This document shows positions 38,197 through 51,000 of a stretch of 64,000 nt of DNA, in pieces (within the stretch, counting starts at the first letter, position 1; each line of letters starts with the position of its first letter). Position numbers and translations under genes: made by a program. A model generated the notes under the pieces. The model made no database searches, was not told the DNA's origin, and saw only the letters and a program-made list of their open reading frames with translations. The stretch is from Mobula hypostoma. Its lineage: Eukaryota. The DNA lies in the NCBI RefSeq assembly GCF_963921235.1, contig NC_086097.1, forward strand, positions 132,682,001-132,746,000, in the 5' to 3' direction.

Positions 38197-38835
38197 TAGA
38201 TAGGGTAGTTAAGAAAGCTTATGGGGTGTTAGCTTTCATAAGTCGAGGGACAGAGTTTAAGAGTTGCGAGGTAATGATGCAGCTCTATAAAACTCTCGTT
38301 AGGCCGCACTTGGAGTACTGTGTCCAGTTCTGATCGCCTCACTATAGGAAAGATGTGGACGCATTGGAAAGGGTACAGAGGAGATTTACCAGGATGCTGC
38401 CTGGTTTAGAGAATATGGATTATGATCAGAGATTAAGGGAGCTAGGGCTTTACTCTTTGGAGAGAAGGAGGATGAGAGGAGTCATGATAGAGGTATACAA
38501 GATATTAAGAGGAATAGATAGAGTGGACAGCCAGCACCTCTTCCCCAGGGCACCACTGCTCAATACAAGGGGGCATGGCTGTGAGGTAAGGGGTGAGAAG
38601 TTCAAGGGGGATATTAGAGGAAGGTTTATCACTCAGAGAGTGGTTGGTGCGTGGAATGCACTGCCTGAGTCAGTGGTGGAGGCAGATACACTGGTGAAAT
38701 TTAAGAGACTACTAGACAGGTATATGGAGGAATTTAAGGTGGGGGGTTATATGGGAGGCAGGGTTTGAGGGTTGGCACAACATTGTGGGCTGAAGGGCCT
38801 GTACTGTGCTGTACTATTCTATGTTCCATGTTCTA
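38197..38835 (+). mobile_element. CR1 LINE 3' fragment
   Basis: LYKTLVRPHLEYCVQF*, ORF 38355-38768 (ALERVQRRFTRMLPG...TRGH...TQRVVGAWNALP); TTCTATG tail. Confidence 0.92.
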
Positions 38836-39967
38836 TCTCTTTGACCACTTGCCCTATTATCTCCACATGAGCCTTGACGTTGAAGTTTCCTCCGATACCT
38901 TTTTTACATCTTCTATAAACAGGAAATCTAAGCAGGCTCGTGACATTCAGCCCCTCTTGCCTGCTTCATCATTCACTAAGATTCTGGCTAATCTTTTACC
39001 TCAGCCTCACTTTCCTCACTTCTACATCCTTAGGTTCCCTAACATCCAAAAATCTCTTCCTAGTATTTTATACATTCAGTGACACAACTTCCACATCTTG
39101 ATATGTACAGAATTCCAAAGATTCCCTGTATCTCTGGATGAAAAGCATTTTTTCTCTTCTCTCTCTTGAATAACCAAGCCATGATTATTGATACTAGACA
39201 TTCTAGCCAGGAGAACCATTGTCACTGCATCTATCCCACAGAGGAGTTTTGTTCATTACTAATGAAATCACCTCTTGTCTTTCTGAACTCTATTGAAGGT
39301 AGGCTCAGTATGCTTAATTTCTACCAATCAGACTATTTCCTTTTCCAAGTATCAGTCTGGTGAACTTTCAATCCATTCCTTCTTTCACAAATATTCCTCA
39401 CCTTAGATAAGGTGACCAGAACGGTGAACAATATTCCAGATGTCCCTTATGTTTCCAGTAACATATCTGCAAATTAGGGACTGGTCATTTAAAACTGAAG
39501 TATGGGGAAATTTCTCCTTTCAAATTGTGACAGATCTCTGGAATTCCTTCCTCTTCAGGATGGTAAAGACAAAGTGATTAGTATTTTTTTAAATGGAAAG
39601 AGATAAATATTGAAAAGATCCAGGAATGTGAAACGGACACAATATATATAACACTGTAGAAACATATATTTTATTATAAATAAATATATTTTGTGTTTAT
39701 GTGTTTACTTGCTATTTTGTATGTGCTATATACAGTATATGCTATATGTATCTTGTGCAGCTTATGACTGTTGGTACTGTGTTTTGCACCTTGGCCCCAG
39801 GGGAACACTTTCTTGTTTGCCTTAAGTCAGATATTCACGTACGGTTGAATGATAATTAAACTTGAACTTGAAGAGGAGTTTAGACCAGCATAGACCAGTG
39901 ATGATCATATAGAATAGCTAGGGAGGCTTGACTGTTGCTTATTCCTGCTTCTAGTTCTTTGTATAAT

Positions 39968-40160
39968 CAAGCAACACACACAAAATGGTGGAGGAACTCA
40001 GCAGACCAGGCAGCATCAATGGAAAAAAGTACAGATGACGTTTCGGGCTGAAACATCGACTGTACTTTTTTCCATAGATGCTGCCTGGCCTGCTGAGTTC
40101 CTCCACCATTTTGTGTGTGTAGCTCAGATTTCCAGCATCTGCAGACTTTCTCTTGTTTGT
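39968..40160. repeat. Long inverted repeat made of two head-to-head Penelope-associated termini
   Basis: About 70-bp arms ACACACAAAATGGTGGAGGAACTCAGCAG... / ...CTGCTGAGTTCCTCCACCATTTTGTGTGT with few mismatches. Confidence 0.85.
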
Positions 40161-40498
40161 GTCTTTGCATTTTCACTCTTGTTCTCAAATCAAGACACTA
40201 TTTTCCTTCCAAATTGCTTGCTGTACTTGCATGTTAATTTTTTTGTGATTCATTTACAAGATCACTCAGTTCTCACTGAACACCACCATCTTTCAATCTT
40301 TTGTCATTTAAAAGAGGATGATTGTATATACCTTTTTATTCCTTCTCCAGTCCTTTGTCTTTTCCACTTATCACCTCCCAGCTTTTTACCTCATACCTCC
40401 TCCCCACGCACCTGGCCTCACCTATCACCTTCTAGAATGTCCTCTTCCCCCCTTCCCCCCCCCCACATTCTTATTCTGCCATTTCCTCCCTTCCTTTC

Positions 40499-40536
40499 CA
40501 GTCCTGAAGAAGGGTCTTGACCTGAAATATTGACTA
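40499..40536 (+). ncRNA. Minimal type-I hammerhead ribozyme-like motif in a Penelope-associated terminus
   Basis: AGTC-CTGAAGA-AGGGTCTTGACCT-GAAA-TATT-GACT. Confidence 0.55.
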
Positions 40537-41519
40537 TTTATTCATTTCCATAGATGCTGCCTGACCTGTGTTGCTCTGGACTTCCCGCATCTGCAGAATC
40601 TCTTGTGTTTGTGACTCTTCACTTGTCTATTTCCCTCACAGGCTCATTTGCGACCCCCCCCCCCCACCACCACTACTCCCTGCATCATCCAACTTTGCGA
40701 AGGACACTATAGACTTCTGTTGATAAAGAAAGAATTGCTTTCTAGTACCTTTTGCATCTTCTTTGGGACATCCCAAAAAAAGCTCTACATACGTCGAAGA
40801 AACTAATAAATTGTGTACTATATGGAAAACAGACAGCCATCTGCGTCAAACAGCACATTGTCTGATGAACTAATGTTGGTGGTGAGGTAAATATTGAATA
40901 CAAAACATGCAAGTAGAATTCCCTGATCCCAGAGAGTTATAGCTGATGTAGCCCAGAAATAGTCCCTTCAATCCATCACTTGATACTAACCATCAAGCAC
41001 CCATTTAAACTAATCCTAAGTCTTATATTTTGATATAAACATAGTCAATAACTCCACTCTATATTCTGCCACTTAAGAAGCAATTACAGTGGCCAACTAA
41101 CCTACCATGTCCTTGGCATGTGGGAGGAAACTGGAGCAGCCAGAGGAAACTCACCTAGTCTAAGAGATAATCTGCAAACTCCACTCAGGCAGAATCCAAG
41201 GTCAGGATTGAATCTGGGTCTCTGAAGCTGTGAGACAGTGGTTCTGCTAGCTGTGCTACAAACTTCTTTACATCTATCTGGTCGCTTACACCTGAAGAAA
41301 ACCCTGGTTCTGGAGGACCAGGTGTGCAACCTTTCTGCCTTCAACACATGAGCGTAGGACAATAGCTACAAAATATGGCTGCCTGTCCACACACAACAGT
41401 GGTCACAAACATTACACCTTACACTCAATTAAACCAGTGTGTCTTCATCTATGTTCCATCTACCATTAGAAGTTGATTGAAATATCAGGTGAGGCTTTTC
41501 TATTGTTGATTTTCTCACA

Positions 41520-42070
41520 TCTACCTATTTAGCATTCAATACCCTAGATATGGCCTTCTCTATATTAAAGACCAGGCACAGACTAGGTGGACTGCTTTGT
41601 TGAGCACCTGTGTTTCCTCCACCATTGTCTCCGGAAGCTCCTGATTACAAACCACTTTAATTGTCCTTCCATTCCCACATGATTTGTCTATTTTTGGCTT
41701 TCTCCACTCTCAGGGTGAGGCCAAGTGCAAACCTGAGGAACAGCAGCTCACATTCTTCCCGGGTAGGTTTCAACCCAGTGGCATGAAAATTGTAATCTCA
41801 AATTTCAGATAACCTTCTCCTCATCTGTCTATTTCTATCTCCTCCTGCACATATGCAAATCCCATTCACCCCCAGCCCCCAATCACCTGGTTTCTTTTCC
41901 CTCCTCCACCCACTCCATCTGCCCAACGCCCGGACACTCAATCACCGGGTCCCCTCCCCACTCACCCTCATCTAGTTCCATGCTCCATGTTTCTTTCCTA
42001 TCAAATTCCACCAGTAGTTGCCCTTTGTCACCTCCACCTATCACCTCCCTGCCTACATCATTGTTTCCGA
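41520..42070 (+). mobile_element. Penelope-like GIY-YIG C-terminal fragment and 3' pyrimidine-rich region
   Basis: Degenerate GLLYI..TRHRLG..FVEHL...NHFN...EEQQL reading, similar to 1-300. Confidence 0.65.
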
Positions 42071-42477
42071 CTTCAATTCAAATTTCATCTTTTTTATCAT
42101 AAATTGTTCAATGCTTCAGAGGAGTTATATTAGGCATTATATGCAGAAATCAGGGCAAATAATCAGAAAGCTTGCTTTATGAGGTAGGATTCAAGGGAGA
42201 GAGACAAGCAAAAAAGTTTAGGGTAGTGACAGCTGGAAGTCTGACCAAGGAAGGGTTTTTGACATACACAAATCCATCCCTGACCATTAACAACAATGGA
42301 GGCCAATAGCTCTTCTGGGTTGGCTGGAAAGATTGTCAAACTGCTTCCTGTACCAGAATGGTGCTCTGCTTTTTAGGGGAGATGGGATTCTCTGATGAGG
42401 CTAATACAGCATCTCCATAATATGGCTGATTATCTGAATGCAGAACGCAAAACCTGACTGCTCACCATGTTGGAGGC

Positions 42478-43035
42478 ACAGGAGACTGGAGATGCTAGGA
42501 GCAGCAAGTGCTGAAGGGACTCACCAGGTCAGGCAGCATCTATGGAGGGGAAGAAACAGTTGGAATTTCAAGTTGAAACCCTTCATCTGGACTGAAAAAT
42601 AAAAGGGAGATAAACAGTATGAAACTATGAAGAGAAGGGGTGGAGCAAAAGCTGGCAGATGATAGGTAGATCCTGCTGAGGGGGTGAAAGGCAGATGAGG
42701 GAGGGATGACATCAGAATATGGGAGATGATAGGTGAAATTGGCACCTTCTTCTGCGCCACCATCCTCTCCTATCAGATTCCATCACCTTCAGCCCTTCCA
42801 CCTCTCACCTCACAGCTTCTGATATCATTCCCACTCTCCCTCCTCCCTCATCTGCCTGTAACACCCCTCCCCCCATAGGATCCACATATCATCTGCAAGC
42901 TTTTGCTCCACCCGCTTCCTACCTCTTTATAATGGGCAGATCTCCTTTATGTTTCATTCCAGATGAAACAGCATCTATCAATTTCCTTCCATAGATGCTG
43001 CCTGACCTCCTGAGTTCCTCCAATACTTTCTGTAT
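42478..43035. repeat. Inverted pair of Penelope-associated 3' regions
   Basis: AGGTCAGGCAGCATCTATGGA at 42526 and TCCATAGATGCTGCCTGACCT at 42988; purine-rich left half mirrors pyrimidine-rich right half. Confidence 0.7.
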
Positions 43036-44929
43036 TGGTTAGCTGTCACTTTGTTTCTACTAGGTATATCCGGTTTTCACCCACTCCACCACACTCACTA
43101 CCCCACCCCCTGTCATCAATTCAATTTCTCTACCCCATCAACATAAAGCATGCCTAGTTCAAGTATAATTTCCCTTTAAACTGCCTAAATAAGGTGCTTT
43201 ATTGCAACTATAGAAGTACAGTTATCACTACATGAGTGTGACATTTCCATTTCTCACATCAGTTACCTTTATGGACTCTCTGAGCACGACTGGTAATTTA
43301 GAACTAATTTATGCCAAGTTATGTTCATTTTTCTAATGCAGTTCCTGTGCACAGTAGGAGTTAAATTGAAGCTCATTTCACTTAAAAACTTTACAGCCAT
43401 CAGTAAAGAAAAGGCCTTCTCTCTTTCCTCTGGGACAGATTCAAGCCAGTTTGTATTTTCCATACACAAATAAATCTGTGGAGCTTTGGGGAACAACCTC
43501 TACATTGGGAGCAGGGCAAGAGTCCATTGTTCAATGGCTAACTTGTGACCTATCTCCATGGACCTGCTTTCCCTCACTTCCTTTTTCTTCTCAGTAGCAA
43601 TAATTTTCCAACAGCAGGTTTAAATTGATCAGTTGTTCACAATTCATCTTTTCATGGTCTTCACACCTTATTGTCTACTTGCACCGCACATCCTCTGTAA
43701 CTGTAACGGGAACACTCCATTCCACATTCTGTTACCGCTTTTTACTTGTACTACCTTGGTTTACCGACGTTTTGAAATGATCTGTATGAATGGCTTCCAA
43801 AACAAAGTTTTTCAAAAGGGATCAATTATTGGTTTATATTCACTTTGTCACTTAACTCTCCCCATTGATTATGCCTGACCTGCTGACTATTTCCAACATT
43901 TTCAGTTTTATTTCTAGATTAGGATGTGAGGACATCCCTGTTGTGCACTCATGCTTCACAGTTCCACATTTAATCCTGACCTCGGGTACAGTGTCCACTT
44001 CGCACATTCTACCTGTTACTGCATGGATTTCCTCTGGGTTCTTTTTCTTCCCATGACCTAAGGGTGTGCGAGTTGGTAGATTAATCGTTCACTGTAAATT
44101 GCTCGTAACTGCAAATTTGATGGAAATGTGGGGAAATTAAAATGGGATGTAAATGGGTGTTTGATGGTTGGTATGATATCAATGGGCCTGTTTCTCTGCT
44201 GTATGATTTCTGTGCATCTTCAAAAGAGAACACCAAATCTTGGCAACACAAAGTGGAAGATTTCCACAGTAGTCAGCCTTCCACTGACTCCCATTTCCTC
44301 TCAGACCTCTCGGTCCTCACTCTCCTGCACCCTCCCAGTGTAACTCATTGTCAGATCATTGAACAATACAGCACAAAAACAAGCCCTTCAGCCCATGATG
44401 AGTGTGCCAAATGCAATGTCAAATTATACTAAATCTCTATTGCCTGTACATGATCCATTTCTCTCCATTCCCTGCACGTTCATATGCCTGTCTAAAAATC
44501 CTCTTAAGCACCACAATTGTATTTGCTTCCACCATGCAAACACCAAAGTTCATAGTCAAATGCAGAACTGCGAGGCAGAGCTGCCTCACAGGATGGTCTC
44601 TGATTAAATGAGCAGGATAGTTGCTATTGGTGATACTATTTTTTATTAATATTAAAGTAAAAACAATTAGATTATTTTGTCCTGAGCATGATGCCAATTG
44701 TGGAATTGTGCTGTTCATAAATTAGTTGCCATGCATCCTAGATTATAGTAATAACTACATTAAAGGCTCTTCGATGGCTGCAGGGTGCGCTGGGATGATT
44801 TGAGGCTATGAGGCATGCCAGAAGCTATCCTTCATCTCTTGTTTTAGTTCTGCTTTAAATCTGTCTTATTTTTTGTTTTTCCACAAAGATTGTGACCACC
44901 AAGAGAGTTTGAGTTCTGACACGTTATCA

Positions 44930-45392
44930 AATACTAGTAATTTTCTACCGGTGTACTGTGGAGAGCATTCTGACTAGCAAAATCTCTGCCTGGTGTGGAG
45001 ACTTCAATCCACAGGATTACAAAAAGCTGCAGAGAGCTGTAGACCCAGTCAGCTCCATCACAGACACAACCCTCCCCATCATCAAGGGCATCTTGAAAAG
45101 TTGGCAACATCATGATTAAGGACCCTCACCATACAGGGCAGGCCCTCTTCTCATTACAACCATCAGGGAGGGATAGGAAGAGGGACAGGAAAATGCACCC
45201 TCAGTGTTTTAGAATTAGCTTCTTTCCCTTTGCCTTCATACTTCTGAACAGTCCGCAAACCCATCAGAACTGCACTGTTTATTTATTTTATTATAACAAA
45301 GCAATTTTTATGTCTTGCACTGTTGTTACAGTCAAAAACAACAAATATTATGACATATGTCAGTGATAAACCAGATTCTGATTCAGATTCAG
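44930..45392 (+). mobile_element. Rex1-like 3' fragment
   Basis: NFYRCTVESIL remnant, IKDPHHTGQALFSLQPSGR, (GATTCW)n tail. Confidence 0.7.
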
Positions 45393-47755
45393 ATATAAGA
45401 AGAGCAGTAACACTGCAAACCTGTCTTTCCTTTGTCGTTAACTTCTCCCTCTCTTCGGAGTTTCCCCAGTTAACATCATAACTGAGCACCCTGTGCTAAT
45501 ATCAGATGAATATTTTTATGCACCTGGTATATTGTGTTCATTATTACCAGCCTCGGTCCTACTTTGACAAGAGCAAGTCCACAACCCAGAATTGTAACAT
45601 CTATTATTTTCAGCTGGGTGGGTGTGAGCAGGCCACAATCTTTGTGGAAAAACAAAAATAAGATGGATTTAAAGCAGAACTGGAACAAGAAATATCAAAG
45701 GATCTCACAGCGTTGAATACAACTATATTTAACCCACAGAGACATTAGATCATAATATCAATAGAGAAGCTGCATCATTCAGCAAATAACAGTCATACTT
45801 ACTTATTAATAGAGGATCATCATTCCTCCTACATATTTTATTAAACACTCTTACCGTCTGACAAGATTACTAAATTACAAAATATTTCCCATATGTGTAA
45901 TAGATGACCTTAACAATTAATGATTAAGTGCCCCCTAATAACATTAGATGAAGGCAATTCTTAAAATAAATGAAAGCCCATCCTTTAAAATTCAGCCATC
46001 AGTCCTGATCAAACCCTATAATTACTACAGGTTAAGCAGGTCATTTATTAACTGGGTCCTTGTCTGTTCCCCAGAGAGTGTGGTTTATTTCTTTCCTTAC
46101 AGGAAAAGTCAATGATGCTATTTTCTCTTAAAGTACCTTACCGTTCAAAAATTAGTGTATTGAATCGTTGCACTGTTTCAGCACAAAGATGCCATTTGGC
46201 CCATCAAGTCTATGCAAGCTCCTGGTGCAGCAATTGTTTCAGTCCCTGTCCCTTGCTTTTTGGGAAGGTTCTGCAATTTGTTCTCTCTCCTGTACCCATT
46301 TAATTCTCTTTTGAAAACACCAATTGACTCTTTTTCTACCACCCGTATAGAACCAGATCATCACTACTCCCTTTGTGAAAACATCACCCCCCCTTGTAAA
46401 TTTTGCCCAGATCTTTAAAGCTGTGTCACAGAGTGATAAATGCTCAGCACCCTTGGAAAGAGAAACAGAGTTAACATCTGCAGTCTGGGGTTCCGTTGAT
46501 TTTCATTTAAAGATGTATTTCCTGATCCTTCAGCCAACTGCAAATGGGAACAGTTCCTTTCCATCTACACAGTCTAAACAAATTATGATCATACCTGCCA
46601 CAATCAAATCTGCTCTATACCCAATTGCTTGGGGGAGAATAATGCAGTTGCATTCTGGGCAAAAGATCAGCTTTAGTTCTAACTAGTTCAGTTAATTTGA
46701 GAATGATAGTTCACACAAATGAGAGGCTGTTTAGGACCAGTTTAGCAACATCAGCACTCTTTTTTTCTGGTTTTGAAGACACAGAGTTATACAGCATGGA
46801 AATAGACCTTTTAGTGAAACTTATTCATGTCAACTAAGATGTCTATCCAAACTATTCCTAATTAATGGTTATAGCTTAACCAATGGCCACAAAGAAAAAG
46901 GTAGAGTTTTGGTACAATATACCTCCTGTTCCAAAAGAATATTGCCAAGTATGTGTGTCAGTGATTCCATTTGGCAACAACATAACCCATTTCGTACAAT
47001 GTCTAAAATCATGACGGAATGACGATCATAGTATCATAGAGTGATGTAGTACAGAAGCTGGCCCTTCAGCCCAACTCATCCATGCTAACCAAGATCCCCA
47101 TTTAACCTTGTCCCATTTGCCTTCATTTGATCCATATCATTCTAGACATTTCTTATCAATTTTTCTGCTCTGAAATGGTCACAATTCTATCCCAAACCTA
47201 TTCTTACGGCAAAAATCAAACTATACAATCATGTGAATAAGATTCAATCCTGGGAACTTTACTCTGGATTTGATCTAAGTTACATCAATTTAAAATGGTA
47301 CCACAAAGCTGTGGCTATTCCAAAGGATTCGCACCATCCACTTTTTCTGAGGAACACATTTTCCAGGAAGGTTGGGTGGGATTACAACTAGAGGTTATGG
47401 GTTAAGGGTGAACGGTGAAAAGTTTAATGGGAACATGAGGGGAAATTTTTTCACTCAGAGGATCGTGAGAGTGTGGAACAAGCTCCTAGCGCAACTGGTG
47501 CATGCAAGCTCAATTTCAAAATTTTAGAGAAGTTTGGATAAGTACATGGATAGTAGGGGTATGGAGGGCAATGTTCTCAGTACAGGTTGATGGGAGTTGG
47601 TAGATTAAATGGTTTGGCATGGACTAGATGGGCTATGATCCCGTTTCTGTGCTGTACTTCTCTATGATACTATGACTGTATGACATAGATATGAGGACAA
47701 GTCCCAACTCTCTGGATTTGACCAAGATGTATATAGTGGCTTCATGAATAGTATG

Positions 47756-48066
47756 TGGGCACGTGGCGAAGTGGTTAAGGCATTCGACTAGTGATCTGAA
47801 GGTTGTGAGTTCGAGCCCCAGCCGAGGCAGCGTGTTGTGTCCTTGAGCAAGGCATTTAATCACACAGTGCTCTGCGACGACTTTGGTGCCAAGTCGTATG
47901 GGTCCTAATGCCCTTCCCTTGCACAATATCGGTGTCGTGGAGAGGGGAGACTTGCAGCATGGGCAACTGCTGGTCTTCCATACAACCTTGCCCAGGCCTG
48001 CGCCCTGGAAAGTGAAGAATTTCCAGGCACAGATCCATGGTCTTGCAAGACTAACGGATGCCTTTA
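47756..48066 (+). mobile_element. Intact tRNA-derived SINE (311 bp) with long TSD
   Basis: A box TGGCGAAGTGG, B box GAGTTCGAGCC; perfect TSD CATGAATAGTATG (47743-47755, 48067-48079). Confidence 0.92.
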
Positions 48067-51000
48067 CATGAATAGTATGATCTATCTGCTCATAAAAGGT
48101 CACTGGGTTTGATTTGCAGAGAGAGATGGAGGCAGAAAGAAGCCCAACAACATTGGAATTTAATTCTGTACACCAGATGTGCAAGATTTATAACCTTGGT
48201 ATTACAGTAGACCAAGAAGTAGATCACAGACCTACTTGGAGAAGTGAAGGGTTTAGATTGAAATTAACATCCCAAAGGATTTAGCAAGCTTTTTTACAAT
48301 TACTTATGGCCTTATATCATGAGAGTGGGTGAGGTGAGACAGGGTGGACATACCTCCTACTACATTACTTAAGGTCTTATATAATGAGGGTGGGGGTTGA
48401 GATGGAGTAGGTATACCTCCTTGTACTGAGAGGAAGGAATAATTGGGATTAGATCCACCAACACATCACTTTACCTTTTCACAGAATTCTGTGGCTGAAT
48501 TGAGGACATGTTGACGGGGGCTTCCCGGGTGTGTCCTCAATAAGAACAACCCATTGCACTTTGCTCGGGTCGGCATTGATGGTTCAGGTACAGATGTCAC
48601 AGCACTTGTGCTAACATGCAACATACTACAAAAATGTGAAGCCCGTGCACCCACCCAGTGGATTACGAAAAAACTTAATCTATATTCTCCATAAAGTGGC
48701 ACAGTGGGAGTTAGATTAAAACGCATTTCACTTAGAAGCTCTAAAGCTATCAGTGAAGGAGAGATTTTCCTCTGGGAAAAATTCAGATTGCTTTTGTATT
48801 GTGCAGAAGGCAAGTGAGATCCGGGAACCCTCAATTTAGGAACACGGGAGGGCCACTTAGGCCATTGTTCTTGTCTGTAGATTAATGAAATCATGGCTAA
48901 GCAAGGATTAGCTCCACATGCCCTGCTTCTGCCACTTATCTCTTTGGTAACATAAGTATATCAGTCTCAAATTTAAGATTGACAATTAACCGAGCATCAA
49001 TAGTAATTTGTCAATGAGAATTCCAGATTTCTAACACTTTTGACTCTTAAATGATTTTTTTGTTAAGCTTCACTCCTGAAATACCTGGTTCAAGTTCTCT
49101 GACCTCAGTCCCTAATCCAAAGCTCTTGAACCAGCAGAAAGCATTTCTATTAATGCTATCACTTAATATCCTGAAAACATTGATCAAGTTGTCTCATAAC
49201 CTTCTCATACCCAGGATTACAACTTTAATTTGTAAAATCTTCAAGGGAGAAGCTATTCTACCCCCAAGGGAGATCAATGGAAAGCAGTAATCCATTATTT
49301 GAGAATCAAACAAATAAAACCATTGGCTCTACTCCCTCAGAAAGTCTCACAAATCACCATGAAAGAAATTGTTAACTACACAGTGCTTGAATTAAATGCA
49401 GCATGGTACCATATTATATTTCATTTGCAAAACTCAGACTAGCTCCCTAAATTCCCTTAGTTAGAGGACCAGGAATGGGAGGGAACTAAATGAATCTATG
49501 TTAGACAGCAAATGCTGGAATCTCTGCTTTCATGTCTATCAGCAATTCACATGCGAATTCGCTTCAGAATTATGCTTATTTTTCAAAGTTATGATTCAAC
49601 CTCCATTCCTTTTGCAGAATCGCAGGTGCAAATATTCCAATGAGAAATGCCGTTTCATTGCCTTGAGCTTTGACTGTCACACTCTAGCTATGACCGAAGG
49701 GCCAGGTCTATCCCTAGGGCTCTGATTTTCTCCATTACACACCATGGTGTTGTGGTGCAGTACCTAGTGTGTGTGCAGTACTTCCAGAAACAATCATAAG
49801 CCAAACTGTATCTGATAATGGTGATAACTAATCTGATGATAGTATCCCAGAGATGTGATCTGACCTGCAGAATGTTTCTAGTATTTCCTGTTTTTATTTT
49901 AGATTTCTAGCATCTCCATTTAGTTCCCGATAGTATTTCTGTTAAGTGCTTCAGTTCTTTTCACAGGTTTCAAGTTGTTGCAATAATGCAAATTGCTGTC
50001 AAGTAAATAACTAATATTTAACCTCAACTGAAAACAGATAAATCATTTCAAAATTTCATTTCATTGCAGAATATTAAGTTTGTTTGTTTATATTCAAACT
50101 ATATTCTGTTATCAACAGTAAATTAGTCGGATTATAAGTTATTACATTAAAGTAGTGGAGGAGCATTTCTTAGCAAAGGTGTGTAAAGCTAGCTATGTTG
50201 ATACTAAGGGGAACACATCAAATATGCTCTAAGATTCTGCTGTCTGACCAATGCCACTAATAGTCAGTGAGTGAATCCCCAATTTAAAGCCACAGGGAAG
50301 ATCCAGTTATGTGGTTAGAAATGCCACAAACCACAGTGTCACTAAATGCCAAGACCTATCTCCAGGTCAAGGTCAGTGAATCTGATTATGTCTTGAACTA
50401 TGTGTTAAGACCACAGGATTCTAAGCAGTGGTCTCTGCTTAAACATGTACAATGAATGAATAAATATATTACAAACCTTATGAATGGTTGCACTTATATT
50501 ACTGTACAGTTCAAACCTCTAGACTCAAAGATGCCTTTGACATTGTCCAACAGTTCAAAGCACTTCACAACTGCGTTATCAAACAAAGTGTGCTATTCCC
50601 ATGCATGTCCTTCTTGACGGAAAAGATTGAGGATATGAAATATGGTGTCTGAAGTATAAATTCTTAATTTAGCTATCCAGAATAAAAATCTTTCTTCCCT
50701 CCCTTTCTACAAGCTTTCCTGAGCCCAAGTAAGGCCTCTTATGAACTGAAGTCATTATGGCTCGGAAGAACATCATTGCTTCAATCCAGACCTTGGATGC
50801 TGTCAGTGTGGAGTTTACTTGTTCTCCTTGTGACAGTGTGGGTCTCTCCCAGGTGCTCTGGCTTCTTCCCACATTCCAAAGACATGTAGGTTGATAGGTA
50901 AATTGGCCACTATAAATTTTCCCAACTGTTTGAGTGAGTGGTGGAATCTGAGGGAGAGTTGATGGGAATATGGGGTTAATAACAGTCAACTGGAATATAT

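Noticed and set aside
42378..42416. Hammerhead at CTGATGAGGCTAATACAGC
   Set aside because: No GAAA after the putative stem II, so the catalytic core is incomplete.
47757..47830. Functional tRNA gene
   Set aside because: It is the head of a TSD-flanked SINE; the acceptor stem does not close and a SINE body follows.
48700..48740. V(D)J recombination signal (CACAGTG heptamer)
   Set aside because: No acceptable nonamer at 12 or 23 nt spacing and no V, D or J segment nearby.
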